Assembly: GCA_963729625.1 (NCBI GenBank)
Contig: CAVSOU010000008.1
Location: forward strand, 896,001-960,000
DNA length: 64,000 bases
Direction of reading: 5' to 3'
Source of the DNA: an uncultured bacterium
GTDB taxonomy: Bacteria > Chloroflexota > UBA5177 > JANWHV01
Position 1 is the stretch's first letter. Every line of letters starts with the position of its first letter. Under the pieces are notes generated by a model, which was given only the letters and a program-made list of their open reading frames with translations, made no database searches and was not told the origin of the DNA. Shown in pieces: positions 9,933 through 20,378 of the stretch. Made by a program: the position numbers and the translations under genes.

Positions 9933-11219
9933 ATGCCGACTACCCTTGAGATCATACCCGCTTACGCCAACATCCCCGTTGCTTCCCCTGCGGCGAACTA
10001 TGCGGCAGTCAGGATCCATCCGGATATCGCTGTCCGGGCCCGCCCACAGGTGCAGATCGGCCTCGTTATCGATACCAGTGGCAGCATGGATGGTCAGATA
10101 CAGGCGCGCGGTCAGAGGAAGATCGATCTTGTGAAAGCCGCGGCTGCCAACGTCGTGAACCAGCTTCAGGATGGCGATGCCATCTGCCTCATTGCCTTCT
10201 CGGATCGCGTTCAGATTCTTGTGCCTGCAACCGTAGTAGGGAGCGATCGGACCCGGCTCCTTAACGCGATACGCAATCTTCGCGCCGACGGCGGCACGCT
10301 GATGGGCGATGGTATCGCGGCGGCCCAGCAACAGTTCTATGCCCTGCCCGCGCAAAGTGCCGTGCGCAAGATCGTGGTGCTCACCGATGGCCAGACCAAC
10401 GACGAGGATCGCTGCTATCAGCTCGCGGAGCAGACGCAAATACCGCTCATGCTCGGAGGCATCGGCGATGACTATAACGGACGCCTACTCACCGAGATGT
10501 CCCGGAGCGCGCGCGGAGTGTCCGAGTATATGGATCGCGCCGAGTCCGTGGGAGATTTCTTCAAAGAAGTCCTGGTAACCGTCCAGTCAACCATTCTCAC
10601 GAACGCGGTGCTGCTCATGGACTATCGCCAGCGGTTCCGCCCAAAGCGGATCCATGAAGTAGCTCCCGAGCTGAAGTCGTTTGACTTTACCCCAGTCACG
10701 CCTACCAACCGCCATACCGAAGTGAAGCTGGGCGACGTTCAGCGTGATGGAATGACCCTGCTCGTGGAGTACATTTATGAGGGCGGGGCCGGGTTTGCTA
10801 GCGAGTTCCAGGTGGCCACTCTGACCTTACGGTACGACCAGCCGCCGAACAGCGGGCTTGAAGTCCGCTCAGACGACTTCACCGTGCAATTGGCTGACGT
10901 AACGGGTTTTCCGCCGATGAATCCCGATGTCAAGCAATATGTGGACCACGCGGCAGTCGAGACTGCTCAGACGCAACTGCTGCAGGCTGCTCAGGCCGGC
11001 GACGTGTCGGGCGCGACGCAGAAGCTCAATATTCTGCAGCAGAGCCTCGAGCGCGTTGGAGCGGATCCGAACTTCATTCAGCAGACGGTCAGCACGATGA
11101 AGCTGCAGCTCAAGGACGCGGGGAGTACCGCCGCAATCGCCGACTCCTCGGCTACCAAGAAGTTGACAAGCGGCACGAGAAAACTCGTGCTGCCTCAGAA
11201 TCAAGATCAGGGTTCTTGA
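9933..11219 (+). CDS. von Willebrand factor A domain protein
   Basis: MIDAS DTSGSM, GGT, VLTDG; AAGGAG RBS; C-terminal TKKLTSGTRKL. Confidence 0.9.
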   Translation: MPTTLEIIPAYANIPVASPAANYAAVRIHPDIAVRARPQVQIGLVIDTSGSMDGQIQARGQRKIDLVKAAAANVVNQLQDGDAICLIAFSDRVQILVPATVVGSDRTRLLNAIRNLRADGGTLMGDGIAAAQQQFYALPAQSAVRKIVVLTDGQTNDEDRCYQLAEQTQIPLMLGGIGDDYNGRLLTEMSRSARGVSEYMDRAESVGDFFKEVLVTVQSTILTNAVLLMDYRQRFRPKRIHEVAPELKSFDFTPVTPTNRHTEVKLGDVQRDGMTLLVEYIYEGGAGFASEFQVATLTLRYDQPPNSGLEVRSDDFTVQLADVTGFPPMNPDVKQYVDHAAVETAQTQLLQAAQAGDVSGATQKLNILQQSLERVGADPNFIQQTVSTMKLQLKDAGSTAAIADSSATKKLTSGTRKLVLPQNQDQGS

Positions 11220-11354
11220 GGGCATACCCGCCGTTTCTTGCCGGGAGCGGGACGAACCGGAACGGCAGTCCTGCGACGTGGGGAATCTCAGCGGTTGGCG
11301 GCTTCAGCCCTCTCGGCGTTGGCGGAGCGTAGCGGAGTCAAGTGAAAGGATCGT

Positions 11355-12125
11355 TTGACCATGGTTAAGTGCCCGCAATGCGGTGCGGAGAACTTCCCCG
11401 GTATGGCGTACTGCGAGCAATGTGGCACGGCGCTCCCCACTCCGGAGGTCGCGGTCGCACCGACTCCGGAGACCGCTCAAGCTCCCACGGGCGATACAAG
11501 CGCGGCGGATGCGATTTCCGGCGCTCAAGCACTGATCGACCAGCTCGGAGACGACACGTCCAATGCCGGGCCCACCGCGCAGGAAGCAACGCACCCGGTT
11601 GCGGCCGCAGACGGCGTTGCCTCAGGCCCTGCTGCAGTCGCCGCGCCTGCTGACAACGCGGCGATCGACGCTTCGCCGGCCGCCGCCTCTGCTGCAGGTT
11701 CCGCGCCCATCGACGTCCCTGCCTCCGCTGCGCCCGCACCGGCTCCGCCTGACGGCGCCGCAAGCGGATTCCCGCAGACAGCTGTACCTCTGCCTGCGGC
11801 CACGCTCACGATCACGTTCTCTGACGGCGCCACATTTACTGTGAAGCAAGATGTAGTCAATGTCGGCCGTGCCGACATTGCTCAGAACTGGCATCCAGAG
11901 TTGGACGTCATTCCGTTTGGCGGAGGGGATCCGAATTTCGGCGTGTCACGGCACCAGGCAGTGATACGGCGCGATGGCAGCGCGTTCTCAATCCTCGATG
12001 TCGGCTCAACCAATGGCACGTACGTCAACGGACGCATGCTCGACTACAATAAAGCGGTCGAGCTGCATGACGGCGATGCTATTGCCTTCGGCGCGTTCAA
12101 CGGCAAGATCGGTATCGGTGCCTAA
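11355..12125 (+). CDS. Zinc-ribbon plus FHA domain protein
   Basis: CPQC...CEQC, Ala/Pro linker, FHA motifs VGR, GVSRHQA, DVGSTNGTYVNG. Confidence 0.92.
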   Translation: MTMVKCPQCGAENFPGMAYCEQCGTALPTPEVAVAPTPETAQAPTGDTSAADAISGAQALIDQLGDDTSNAGPTAQEATHPVAAADGVASGPAAVAAPADNAAIDASPAAASAAGSAPIDVPASAAPAPAPPDGAASGFPQTAVPLPAATLTITFSDGATFTVKQDVVNVGRADIAQNWHPELDVIPFGGGDPNFGVSRHQAVIRRDGSAFSILDVGSTNGTYVNGRMLDYNKAVELHDGDAIAFGAFNGKIGIGA

Positions 12126-12155
12126 CGGACGAGTCGATTGCGAACGAGGAGCACT

Positions 12156-13900
12156 ATGGGCAGAATCTGGCGCGTGTTTGGACGCGGCACGAGCGGAGAT
12201 ACGGACCGTCAGAGCGGTACAGATAGGCAAGACAGCACGCACGTGGGAGCCTTTTCGATGAGTGAGACAGGTGGCCAGGCGTCCGCCTCCGACCGCGGGC
12301 CCGACGATACCGCGGAGGACCCCGGCAAAGGAAGTCGCCAGCCAGAGGCTCCGACTGCCGCTGCAGACGGCGAACAGGCCTTGCGGCATGCCGACGCGGT
12401 GCAACAGCCCGCTGTGCGTACTCAGGCTGAAGGTGGTAACACGACGCGCGCCGAGACCCTCCCGACCGCGCCGATACAAGATCCCGACTCAGCGCTCGTC
12501 GCGCCCTCACTCGCGGCCCCTGCGCCAGCAGGTGACGAGACCCTTCCCGTGGCGCCGCTGGTAGAAGCTCCCGATCTAACTCTCGCCCTAGCAGCCGAAG
12601 CCACCCTCCCTGCGGGAAACGAATCCCGCGAGGCGGCAGCAGGCGCTGCAGTGAGCAACGTCGAATCACCTGCGCCAGGAGCGCCGCAGGACCATGACAC
12701 TGCGCCGCAGGCAGAGGTTCCGCCCAGATCAGTGACTCCGACACCGGATCGCCGGAGAGCATCGCGCCTCTGGCCTCCGCGTCGGAGATGGCAATCGGTA
12801 CGCTGCTTGCCGACCGCTTCACCGTCCTGCGCGAGCTGACGCCCGATGCGGCGTCCACGCTACTGGGAGGACCCCTTCCTTCCGACACAACGACTTTCTA
12901 TGCGGTCGAAGATCGTGTCTACAACGAGCATTGCTGGGCCTGTGGCTCGACGCACAACGATCCAAGCGATCACACGCAGCGCTTCTGTGTTGACTGCGGA
13001 GCGCCAAGACAGCACGAGTGGGTTCTCGCGCGCGCCGCCGCGCCGGCGGGCACCTCTGATGAGATTGACTACGGAGATGCCTTCTACCGCGTCCTGCACC
13101 GGCGCAAGCAGTTTGGCAGCGGCGGCATGGCGGTTGAGGTGGCTGCATTTAGCGCCGAGGGGCCCCATCACCCCAACGAAGATAGCTGTTGGACCGCAGT
13201 GATGTCAGGCTGCTACAACTCCAAGGCGGACGCAGTTTGCGTCGCGGTGGTGGCCGATGGGATGGGCGGCTATGCTCCAGGAAGCGGACTGATCAGTAAA
13301 GAGATCGTGAGCACTGTCGGCACCTACGTTTTCGGCCGGATCACCGTCGATCGCGAAAGCGCCCTCAGCGATGCTGATCTGCGCGGCACCGTGCGCGAGG
13401 CCATCGCGGAGGCCAATCGCAGAGTACTGGAAGAAATTGCCAGACATGGCGAGATGGGTGCGACGCTCGTTGTGGCGATAATCTACGGGCGCACGGCTTA
13501 TTTGGCGAACATAGGCGATAGCAGGGCGTACTACGTGTCGCCATCGGGCGAAGTCGAACAGATCACGCGTGACCAATCACTCGTCCAGCAGCAAGTCTCG
13601 CTTGGCCTGATGCGCGCCGATGCCGTGTTCACGGCAGCAGGTAACAATGTGATTCTCCACGCGGTGGGCGAGGAGCGCGTTGAAGAGGTGTTCGACTGGT
13701 ACGTACAGGTACTTGAGCCGAACTGCTGTGTGCTGCTCTGTACGGATGGCTACTGGAAAACCATGCGACAGGATATCTGGAGCATCTCCTCTCCACCTGT
13801 GGAATCATCGTTGCATGGCCTCGCAGAGAGGCTGGTGCAGACGGCGATTGACCAGAACTCGGATGACAATACGTCCGTCATCCTGATCGGCGTCGAGTAG
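12156..13900 (+). CDS. PP2C-family Ser/Thr phosphatase with zinc ribbon and long low-complexity N-terminus; apparent frameshift near 12700 (or two genes)
   Basis: 12788-13900 has CWAC/CVDC, NEDS, VADGMGG, NIGDSRAY, LCTDG, DDNTS. The upstream ORF (to 12839) is low-complexity and overlaps it in another frame. Confidence 0.8.
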
Positions 13901-13938
13901 CTGTAGTCGGCGTGCCGCCAGCATACTAGGGAAACGTC

Positions 13939-14502
13939 ATGGGCATCCTGGAACGTGCAGCGAACCTGCTCGAACGTGTGCAGGGCCGGACGACGGCGAT
14001 GACACAGCAGGCAGCCCGACGCGTGCGCTGCGCCCCAGAGATCGCGGCTCTCGATGGGCGCCTCGCGACTCTCCGAGCTCAGCTCGAGCAATCCGTGTCC
14101 GAGGTCGGAAAGCTCGCTTTTCGCCAGTGGAAGAACGGCGACGCCAGCCAAGCCGATGCCATAAAGGCGCTATGCCGGGCCATCGACGGCATGAACGGCG
14201 ACTACCAGCAGCTGCTCGGCGAACTTGCGGATCTCAGAGCCTCGGCGTCAGTTCCCACCGCGCGGGTGGAGCTGTCCCGTTCGAGCTGCTACATCGCTCT
14301 TGGCTCTGCACAGCCCGCGGCGTCGGCAGCTGAGCAAGTAGATGCTAGTTTGGCCTCGGCTCGTACCGGTGGCATCCTGGGTACGCATGGCGTTGGAGCG
14401 GAGCTGGTCACGCCAGGTCGGACGAAGCGATGTCCTGAGTGCTTCGCGGATGTACCAGGATCTCAGCAGTACTGCCCTACGTGTGGCATTCGCATGGAGT
14501 GA
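13939..14502 (+). CDS. Coiled-coil plus C-terminal double zinc-ribbon protein
   Basis: Helical N-half; CPEC...YCPTCG at the C-terminus. Confidence 0.8.
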   Translation: MGILERAANLLERVQGRTTAMTQQAARRVRCAPEIAALDGRLATLRAQLEQSVSEVGKLAFRQWKNGDASQADAIKALCRAIDGMNGDYQQLLGELADLRASASVPTARVELSRSSCYIALGSAQPAASAAEQVDASLASARTGGILGTHGVGAELVTPGRTKRCPECFADVPGSQQYCPTCGIRME

Positions 14503-14508
14503 GATAGA

Positions 14509-15018
14509 TTGATGGACGTGCTCAAGGCTGCAGGTAGGGTGGGCTCGGCCGGGCGTCACGTGGTGGCCGCCGCGGTGCAGCAGAAGCAACTGGAGACAGA
14601 ACGAGAGGTCCTCGCCGAGCTGCGTTCCGACGCTCTTACCCTGAGGGCGCAGATCGGCGAGGAGATGTTCAAGCTCTGGAAGGCTGGACAACCGTGCCCG
14701 CGCTGGCTCGACGAGATCTGCCAGTCCCTGGAAAGCACTTCCGCGGCTATTGCCCGGCAGCGCGCGATCATCGCTCAACTAGTCGAGGGCGGCGTACCTG
14801 CCGGCGACAACGAGACTCACCAGACCGTAACGGCGCCAGCGATCGAAGTGGTCGAGGCGCCTGCCACGCTCCTTGAGGCCGAGCCTGCTTCGCCTCCGCG
14901 GATTACGGCCGGCACGATACCGCAACCCGACCCGCCGTGCGTCACGTGCCCTAGCTGTGGTGAAGCCGAAGTGGGCGGAAGGCGCTTCTGCGGTTTCTGC
15001 GGAACAAAGCTTTCGTAG
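14509..15018 (+). CDS. Coiled-coil plus C-terminal double zinc-ribbon protein (similar architecture to the preceding gene)
   Basis: IGEEMFKLWKAG resembles VGKLAFRQWKNG of the previous ORF; CPSC...FCGFCG. Confidence 0.8.
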   Translation: MMDVLKAAGRVGSAGRHVVAAAVQQKQLETEREVLAELRSDALTLRAQIGEEMFKLWKAGQPCPRWLDEICQSLESTSAAIARQRAIIAQLVEGGVPAGDNETHQTVTAPAIEVVEAPATLLEAEPASPPRITAGTIPQPDPPCVTCPSCGEAEVGGRRFCGFCGTKLS

Positions 15019-15129
15019 GCTGCTGCTACCACACGCATCCGGGCGCGGGCTGGCGGAGATCCGTGCCCGCCAGGTACACTAACAGCGCGCCTGGCCGGCA
15101 ACAACGATGGCTATAGTTGGAGATAGAGC

Positions 15130-16326
15130 ATGCCCGACGACGAGAGCGATGATCAGCCTGGTGAGAATCCGGGCGTAGAGCCCGAGGGGGACTCGGAGGA
15201 GCGGCCCAGCAAAGGTCCGGTCACCGTGCAACGGCGCACGCGCAGGCCGCGCCCGGTGCCGCGTACGGGGTATGTCCCCGGTCGCCGGCCGCGCGTGGAA
15301 GAGACCCATTCGATGAGTCCCTACGTCGTGCCGGTCGTGGCACTTGTCGCACTCGTGGCGCTGCTCCTAGCGCTCGTCGTCGCCAAGGTGCACAATTCGA
15401 CTACCGCATCTCCGGGCCCAACGGCGACGGCGACGGTAGCCCCGGTGACCCCCAGCGCGACACCGCGCCCGACGAGCACGCCGATGAAGATTGCGACGCC
15501 GCTCACGACGAAGGCCGGCGTGGCGGCAGAGGTGAATGGCGAGTCGATTCCTATGAGCCTCTACGTGGACTACTCCAACTCAGCGCTCAACCAGCTTCAG
15601 GTGGATCACCAGGACGCCACCACGGGCGCGACAATCAAGGCTGTCGACGTGCGAACAGCGGCGGGGAAGGCGGCTGTGAAGAAGACGCGGCAGCAGATTC
15701 TGGACAGTTTGGTCAAGAACTACCTTCTCGTCGCGTACGCGCGGGATCATCATCTGATGCCGACCCAGCTGGAAATCACCACCGTTCTCTCCGGGTACTA
15801 TAGCCAGGGCGGCGGCAAGGACGCCTTCATGAAGATGGCGCAGGACCAGGGATTCTCGGCTGCCGACGTCAATGAGATAGCGTCGACAACGGCAGCCATC
15901 CAATCCGTGATGACCAAGGTGACCGCGAATGTTTCCTGCAAGCCATGCGGCGAGCGACACGCGCGTCACATTCTGCTCAAGGCGACGGACCAGAAGCTGG
16001 CGTTGACTGTAGCGAAGCACTTGCAGGCAGACAAGGGGTCAGATTTCGCGGCCTACGCCAAGAAGTACTCGACCGACACCGGTAGCGCCAAGCAGGGCGG
16101 AGACCTGGGTTGGTTCGCCCAGACCGACATGGTGAAGGAATTCGGCGATGCTGCGTTTGCGCTCAAGATCGGCCAGGTGAGCAATCCGGTAAAGTCTACC
16201 TACGGCTGGCACGTGATTCAAGTCCTGGGCGAGCGTGCTTCGGCGACTCAGAAGAGCGACTACTTCACTGCATGGGCGAGCAAGCTGCAGAAGACATCGG
16301 TTGAGCACACGTACGTGAAGATATAG
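15130..16326 (+). CDS. Membrane-anchored parvulin-type peptidylprolyl isomerase (PrsA/SurA-like foldase)
   Basis: TM helix, Pro/Thr linker, AAEVNGESI, HARHIL, FAAYAKKYSTDTGSAKQGGDLGWF, MVKEF, YGWHVI. Confidence 0.92.
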   Translation: MPDDESDDQPGENPGVEPEGDSEERPSKGPVTVQRRTRRPRPVPRTGYVPGRRPRVEETHSMSPYVVPVVALVALVALLLALVVAKVHNSTTASPGPTATATVAPVTPSATPRPTSTPMKIATPLTTKAGVAAEVNGESIPMSLYVDYSNSALNQLQVDHQDATTGATIKAVDVRTAAGKAAVKKTRQQILDSLVKNYLLVAYARDHHLMPTQLEITTVLSGYYSQGGGKDAFMKMAQDQGFSAADVNEIASTTAAIQSVMTKVTANVSCKPCGERHARHILLKATDQKLALTVAKHLQADKGSDFAAYAKKYSTDTGSAKQGGDLGWFAQTDMVKEFGDAAFALKIGQVSNPVKSTYGWHVIQVLGERASATQKSDYFTAWASKLQKTSVEHTYVKI

Positions 16327-16359
16327 GCGATCGGCGTATCTCTTCGGCTGAGAGATCTG

Positions 16360-16388
16360 GGAGGCCGCCTCTGTTCAGGGCGGCCTCC
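16360..16388 (+). terminator. Hairpin after the PPIase gene
   Basis: GGAGGCCGCC-N9-GGCGGCCTCC; weak U-tract. Confidence 0.5.
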
Positions 16389-16522
16389 TGGCGTCGGGCG
16401 AGAGGTTCGTCGCCGTCGCCTGAAGCAGCACGGAGTTTGGCGTATCGCTCTTGGACGATGCTGGTACACTCCTCACCAGGCTGGAGAGAAGGCCCAGCTT
16501 CCAGCGGTCTGCGAGGAGTTCC

Positions 16523-18433
16523 GTGTCCGTAGTACTGGTTGATTCGCTCCTGTCAGCGCGACTGTTTCTCGTTCCACAGCTTGCCGGCGAGCGCCTCTAC
16601 TTCGTGAGTAACATGAGCGGACGGCTGAGTCTGTACGCCATGGACGCAAGCGGAAGTGTACCGGAACCGCTGTTGCCTCCCGGCATTGCGCTGCAGAATC
16701 CTGAGCTGGTCGGCGGGCATTTGTTTCGCGTGTGCGCGGATCTGGGCGTTATCTGCGTGATGATCGATCGGGATGGCGACGAGAACTACCAGCCAATGGT
16801 TATCCCGCTTGATGGAGGTATACCGGAGTCCGCATTCAGCGATCACTTTGCGGATTGCCGCGTGCATCTTGAAGGCGGCGACGTCGAAACTGGGATCGTG
16901 TACCTCGTTGCCGAGATGCGCCACGAATCACTGAGCACCGCGTACCAGGCCGACCTGAGGACGCGCGAGCTCACGCCGATGTTTGCCAGTCGGTACAGCC
17001 TCAACGTGCGAGCATGGTCCGAGGATCACGTCTGTGCGGCCATCACCGAAGAGTACTCAGTCGGCGACGTCGTGCTCAGGCTGTGGGACAGAGCTCGGAA
17101 CGGCGCCCGGTTGCTGTTCGGAACGCCGATTGAGGAACGCGGGCAGTCCAAGGACGTTCCTCTCACCGGCTTCAGCTCTGGGTGTTTCACGGACGACCAG
17201 CGTAGCTATCTCTGCGTTACGGGCATTTTCGACGACACGTTCGGCCTGGGGCGCATCCATCTCGATGCTCCTCACATGATCGACCCGGTGCGAATCCTGA
17301 ACGCCCGGCATGAAGGAAGGGGCATCCTTGTCTCGATTCAGCGGCTGAAGAACGACCGCTACCTGGCCGGCTACAATATCGATGGAAGCTCCTGGCTCTA
17401 CGAAGGCAGGATCGACGAAGCGACGCTCGAGCTGACGCTCGCGCGTACGCTTTGCGGCACCGAATCGCTCGCTGATGGCGTGCTGGAGTCTACGCACTAT
17501 GACACGTCGAGTGATCGGCTTGCTTTTTCTTTCTCCAACGCGGTTTCGCCGACACAGCTGTTCGTCGTCGACCGTTCCTCCGCAAGCATTCCGCGCCAGT
17601 TGACGCGCGAGCGCGTGTTGGCTGTGCCGCGAGCACATCTATCGCGCGGAGAAGACGCGTCGTTTACGTCGTTCGATGGTCTCAGCATTTCCGCTCGGCT
17701 CTACATGCCCGCGCCTGCCCTCGGTTTTGAAGGACCGCGACCGCTCGTCTACTATATCCACGGCGGTCCTCACAGCCAGGAACGACCGGACTTCGCCTGG
17801 TTCTCCATGCCGTTGATTCAGATTCTCACGCTGAATGGCTTCGCCGTGTTCGTCCCCAATGTGCGGGGCAGCAACGGCTATGGGCTCTCTTTTGTGAAGA
17901 AAGTGGATCGTGACTGGGGCGGCGCTGATCGGCTTGACCACGTGCATGCGATGCGAATTCTTGGCAGTGACCAGCGTCTTGACGTGACTCGCGCAGGCGT
18001 CGTCGGTCGCTCCTATGGCGGGTACATGACGCTCACCCTGGCCGCGCGCCACCCCGAGCTGTGGTCCGCTGCTGTCGACATGTTTGGACCATACGATCTG
18101 CTCACCTTCCTGGAACACATACCACCGACCTGGCGACCCGAGTTCAAGATCATGCTCGGGGACGCGGTACACGACCGAGACTTTCTCGTCGAGCGGTCGC
18201 CGGTCACCTACATTGGCAATGTGTCCTGCCCGATGCTGGTAATCCAAGGGAAGAACGATCCGCGCGTCGTCGAATCGGAATCACGCGCGGTGGTGGCGTC
18301 GCTTCGAGCGATGGGGAAGAGCGTCGAGTATCTGCTCTTCGAGAACGAAGGTCACGATGTTCTGAAGCACGAGAATCGGGTGACCTGCTACAGCGCAATC
18401 ACCGGCTTCTTCGCCAGGCACCTCCGGCCATAG
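16523..18433 (+). CDS. S9 family (prolyl oligopeptidase/acylaminoacyl) peptidase
   Basis: IHGGPH, NVRGSNGYG, nucleophile GRSYGG, QGKNDPRV, EGH; GAGGAG RBS before GTG 16523. Confidence 0.92.
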   Translation: MSVVLVDSLLSARLFLVPQLAGERLYFVSNMSGRLSLYAMDASGSVPEPLLPPGIALQNPELVGGHLFRVCADLGVICVMIDRDGDENYQPMVIPLDGGIPESAFSDHFADCRVHLEGGDVETGIVYLVAEMRHESLSTAYQADLRTRELTPMFASRYSLNVRAWSEDHVCAAITEEYSVGDVVLRLWDRARNGARLLFGTPIEERGQSKDVPLTGFSSGCFTDDQRSYLCVTGIFDDTFGLGRIHLDAPHMIDPVRILNARHEGRGILVSIQRLKNDRYLAGYNIDGSSWLYEGRIDEATLELTLARTLCGTESLADGVLESTHYDTSSDRLAFSFSNAVSPTQLFVVDRSSASIPRQLTRERVLAVPRAHLSRGEDASFTSFDGLSISARLYMPAPALGFEGPRPLVYYIHGGPHSQERPDFAWFSMPLIQILTLNGFAVFVPNVRGSNGYGLSFVKKVDRDWGGADRLDHVHAMRILGSDQRLDVTRAGVVGRSYGGYMTLTLAARHPELWSAAVDMFGPYDLLTFLEHIPPTWRPEFKIMLGDAVHDRDFLVERSPVTYIGNVSCPMLVIQGKNDPRVVESESRAVVASLRAMGKSVEYLLFENEGHDVLKHENRVTCYSAITGFFARHLRP

Positions 18434-18993
18434 TTGAGGCCGCGACCGGGCTGGTCGGTCTCAGACCGTCGATCTGGACGGCTTCTCGGATCCGGACAAT
18501 CTCGAGCCGAGAGCAACCGCAGGTTCGCGGGCCTGGAGACAGGTCAGCGCCCCGGAGCAGGCCAGGGCGCTGAAGGACCGCAGGGAGGGCTCTCAGATAT
18601 CAGGAAGGACCTTTGATCAAGGGGTGCTTTCGGTGCCCGCCGCGGACGTCCCGCGACGATGAAATATCATATGCGAAAATGCTTCGCCCGAGGACTGGGC
18701 GATATGACCCAGTCACCGCCTCACGCTTGTCGGCCGGGATTTGACGAAGTCGCTTCTGCAACGCGGATTCCACAGGCTCGGCTTCGACTTCCAGGATTGT
18801 CATCGGTTGCGTCCTTCGTTTTACGATAGTGCACGCTTGCGTCGATGTCACGCGTCTCATGCACGTATAGACGACGTCGATACACGCATTGTGGCGTGCC
18901 ATTGGAGTGGTCGAAAGTAGGGTTGTGGACAAGTACCGGCGCAACTCGCGCAGATGCGGGCAAGTTGTCCACATAGGCGACCAGGTCGACGAC

Positions 18994-19896
18994 CTACCGG
19001 CCGCCAACGATCACGAGTACCGCGACGACAAGCGGCCAGCACAAATTGAAGAGCGATTCGCCGACACTGCCGGTGCGAACGCGAACGCTGCGGGGAAGCA
19101 AGTGCAGACTGGACCGCGATTCACCCGGCCACCACAGCGGTATGCCGCGAATTGTAAGCGCGTCTGCCACCAAGTGTGAGATATAGCCGAATCCAAATGC
19201 CGCGCCGATGCCGGGTAGTGCTGGAACCAGTGCGGGCCCAAGCGCGATCGACAGCAGGCAGAGCGCGATCGCCGCGGGAGGCGCATGCGTCCAGCCTCGA
19301 TGGTGTCCTGGCAAGCGATTGACGAGACCAGACACTCCGCCGGCCGCGACGAGGGCCGCGGCCGCTCCAATCGAGCCGATCGCCAGGGCATAGGCTTGCC
19401 GCCACTGCTCCTCCCACACGAGCAAGCCTTCTGGCGGCAACCAGCGTGCCACGACCGCCTCGGCGCCGGCCAGGAGGGCCAGCAGCCATAAGAGCAGCGT
19501 GAAGGGCCGGTCGAGGCGCCCGGCATAGCCGCCGAGCAAGGCCGACATGAGGCGGCCACCGGCGTTTGCGGCGGAAAGCGTCAACCGCACTGGGCCGCAG
19601 CCGGGCGCTCGGCTCATGCCGATGCCCGCGCGCTGGAGCGCGCGGCTTTGGCGAGCAGGCAGTCGCGTGACCAGCGAACCCGGCTGATCGATATCGGGAA
19701 GCACGCTACCCAGTCCGGCGGCAGCGACGAGGGCGATCCAGACGGCAGGACTGAATTGAGGAACGCTCAGGGCGCGCGATCCTGCCAACGTGTATGTGAC
19801 GTGGTCGTATCGGTGTGCTGAACCCGCGATTCCCGTGAGCGCTGCAAGGGGTGCGGATGTCGCCACCCCGAAGGCAAGGTGGGTCCGTCCAAGCAT
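18994..19896 (-). CDS. Membrane-bound metal-dependent hydrolase (YdjM-like)
   Basis: MLGRTH, GSVLPDIDQPGS, HRGWTH, GYISHLVADALT..GIPLWWP. Confidence 0.88.
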   Translation of the reverse strand: MLGRTHLAFGVATSAPLAALTGIAGSAHRYDHVTYTLAGSRALSVPQFSPAVWIALVAAAGLGSVLPDIDQPGSLVTRLPARQSRALQRAGIGMSRAPGCGPVRLTLSAANAGGRLMSALLGGYAGRLDRPFTLLLWLLALLAGAEAVVARWLPPEGLLVWEEQWRQAYALAIGSIGAAAALVAAGGVSGLVNRLPGHHRGWTHAPPAAIALCLLSIALGPALVPALPGIGAAFGFGYISHLVADALTIRGIPLWWPGESRSSLHLLPRSVRVRTGSVGESLFNLCWPLVVAVLVIVGGR

Positions 19897-20378
19897 CTAG
19901 GGGCGCCCGAACGCGGAGAGGCCGGGGGCACGAGTGCGTGCGCTGCCGTCGTGCTCCTTGCGCCGGTGCTGCACGCACTGCAGACGGCGGTCAGGGTGAT
20001 GCGTCGTCGAGCCGTTTGCGACCATATGGTTCCATCCTTTGATGACGCGGCGGCGTTCCGCGCCTCCACATTGTATACGGCGAAGGAGGAGGCACGCCGC
20101 CCAGCACGGTCCTCGAGATGCGAGCATTCGCGGGAGCCGTTCCGCTTCAGTTCTGTGTGAGATTGTGATGTAACGATGGCTCACGGCCTGCCCGTGCTTG
20201 TACTATGCACGTGTGGATCTGCTCGGTGTGCTGACTGGGGACGGCGGATGAATCGGCGTGCAGGCTGATCGGGTAATGGGCGGGGTCAACAGCAACAGCA
20301 TCTTTGCGTGGCCAGCAGTGGCTAGGCGCTTGACGCCCGATCGAGTGAGGTGCGGAGAAAACGGCGTTAGGGCGTGAG

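Noticed and set aside
20155-20185. CRP-like TGTGA...TCAC site between divergent genes
   Set aside because: Spacing does not fit TGTGA-N6-TCACA.
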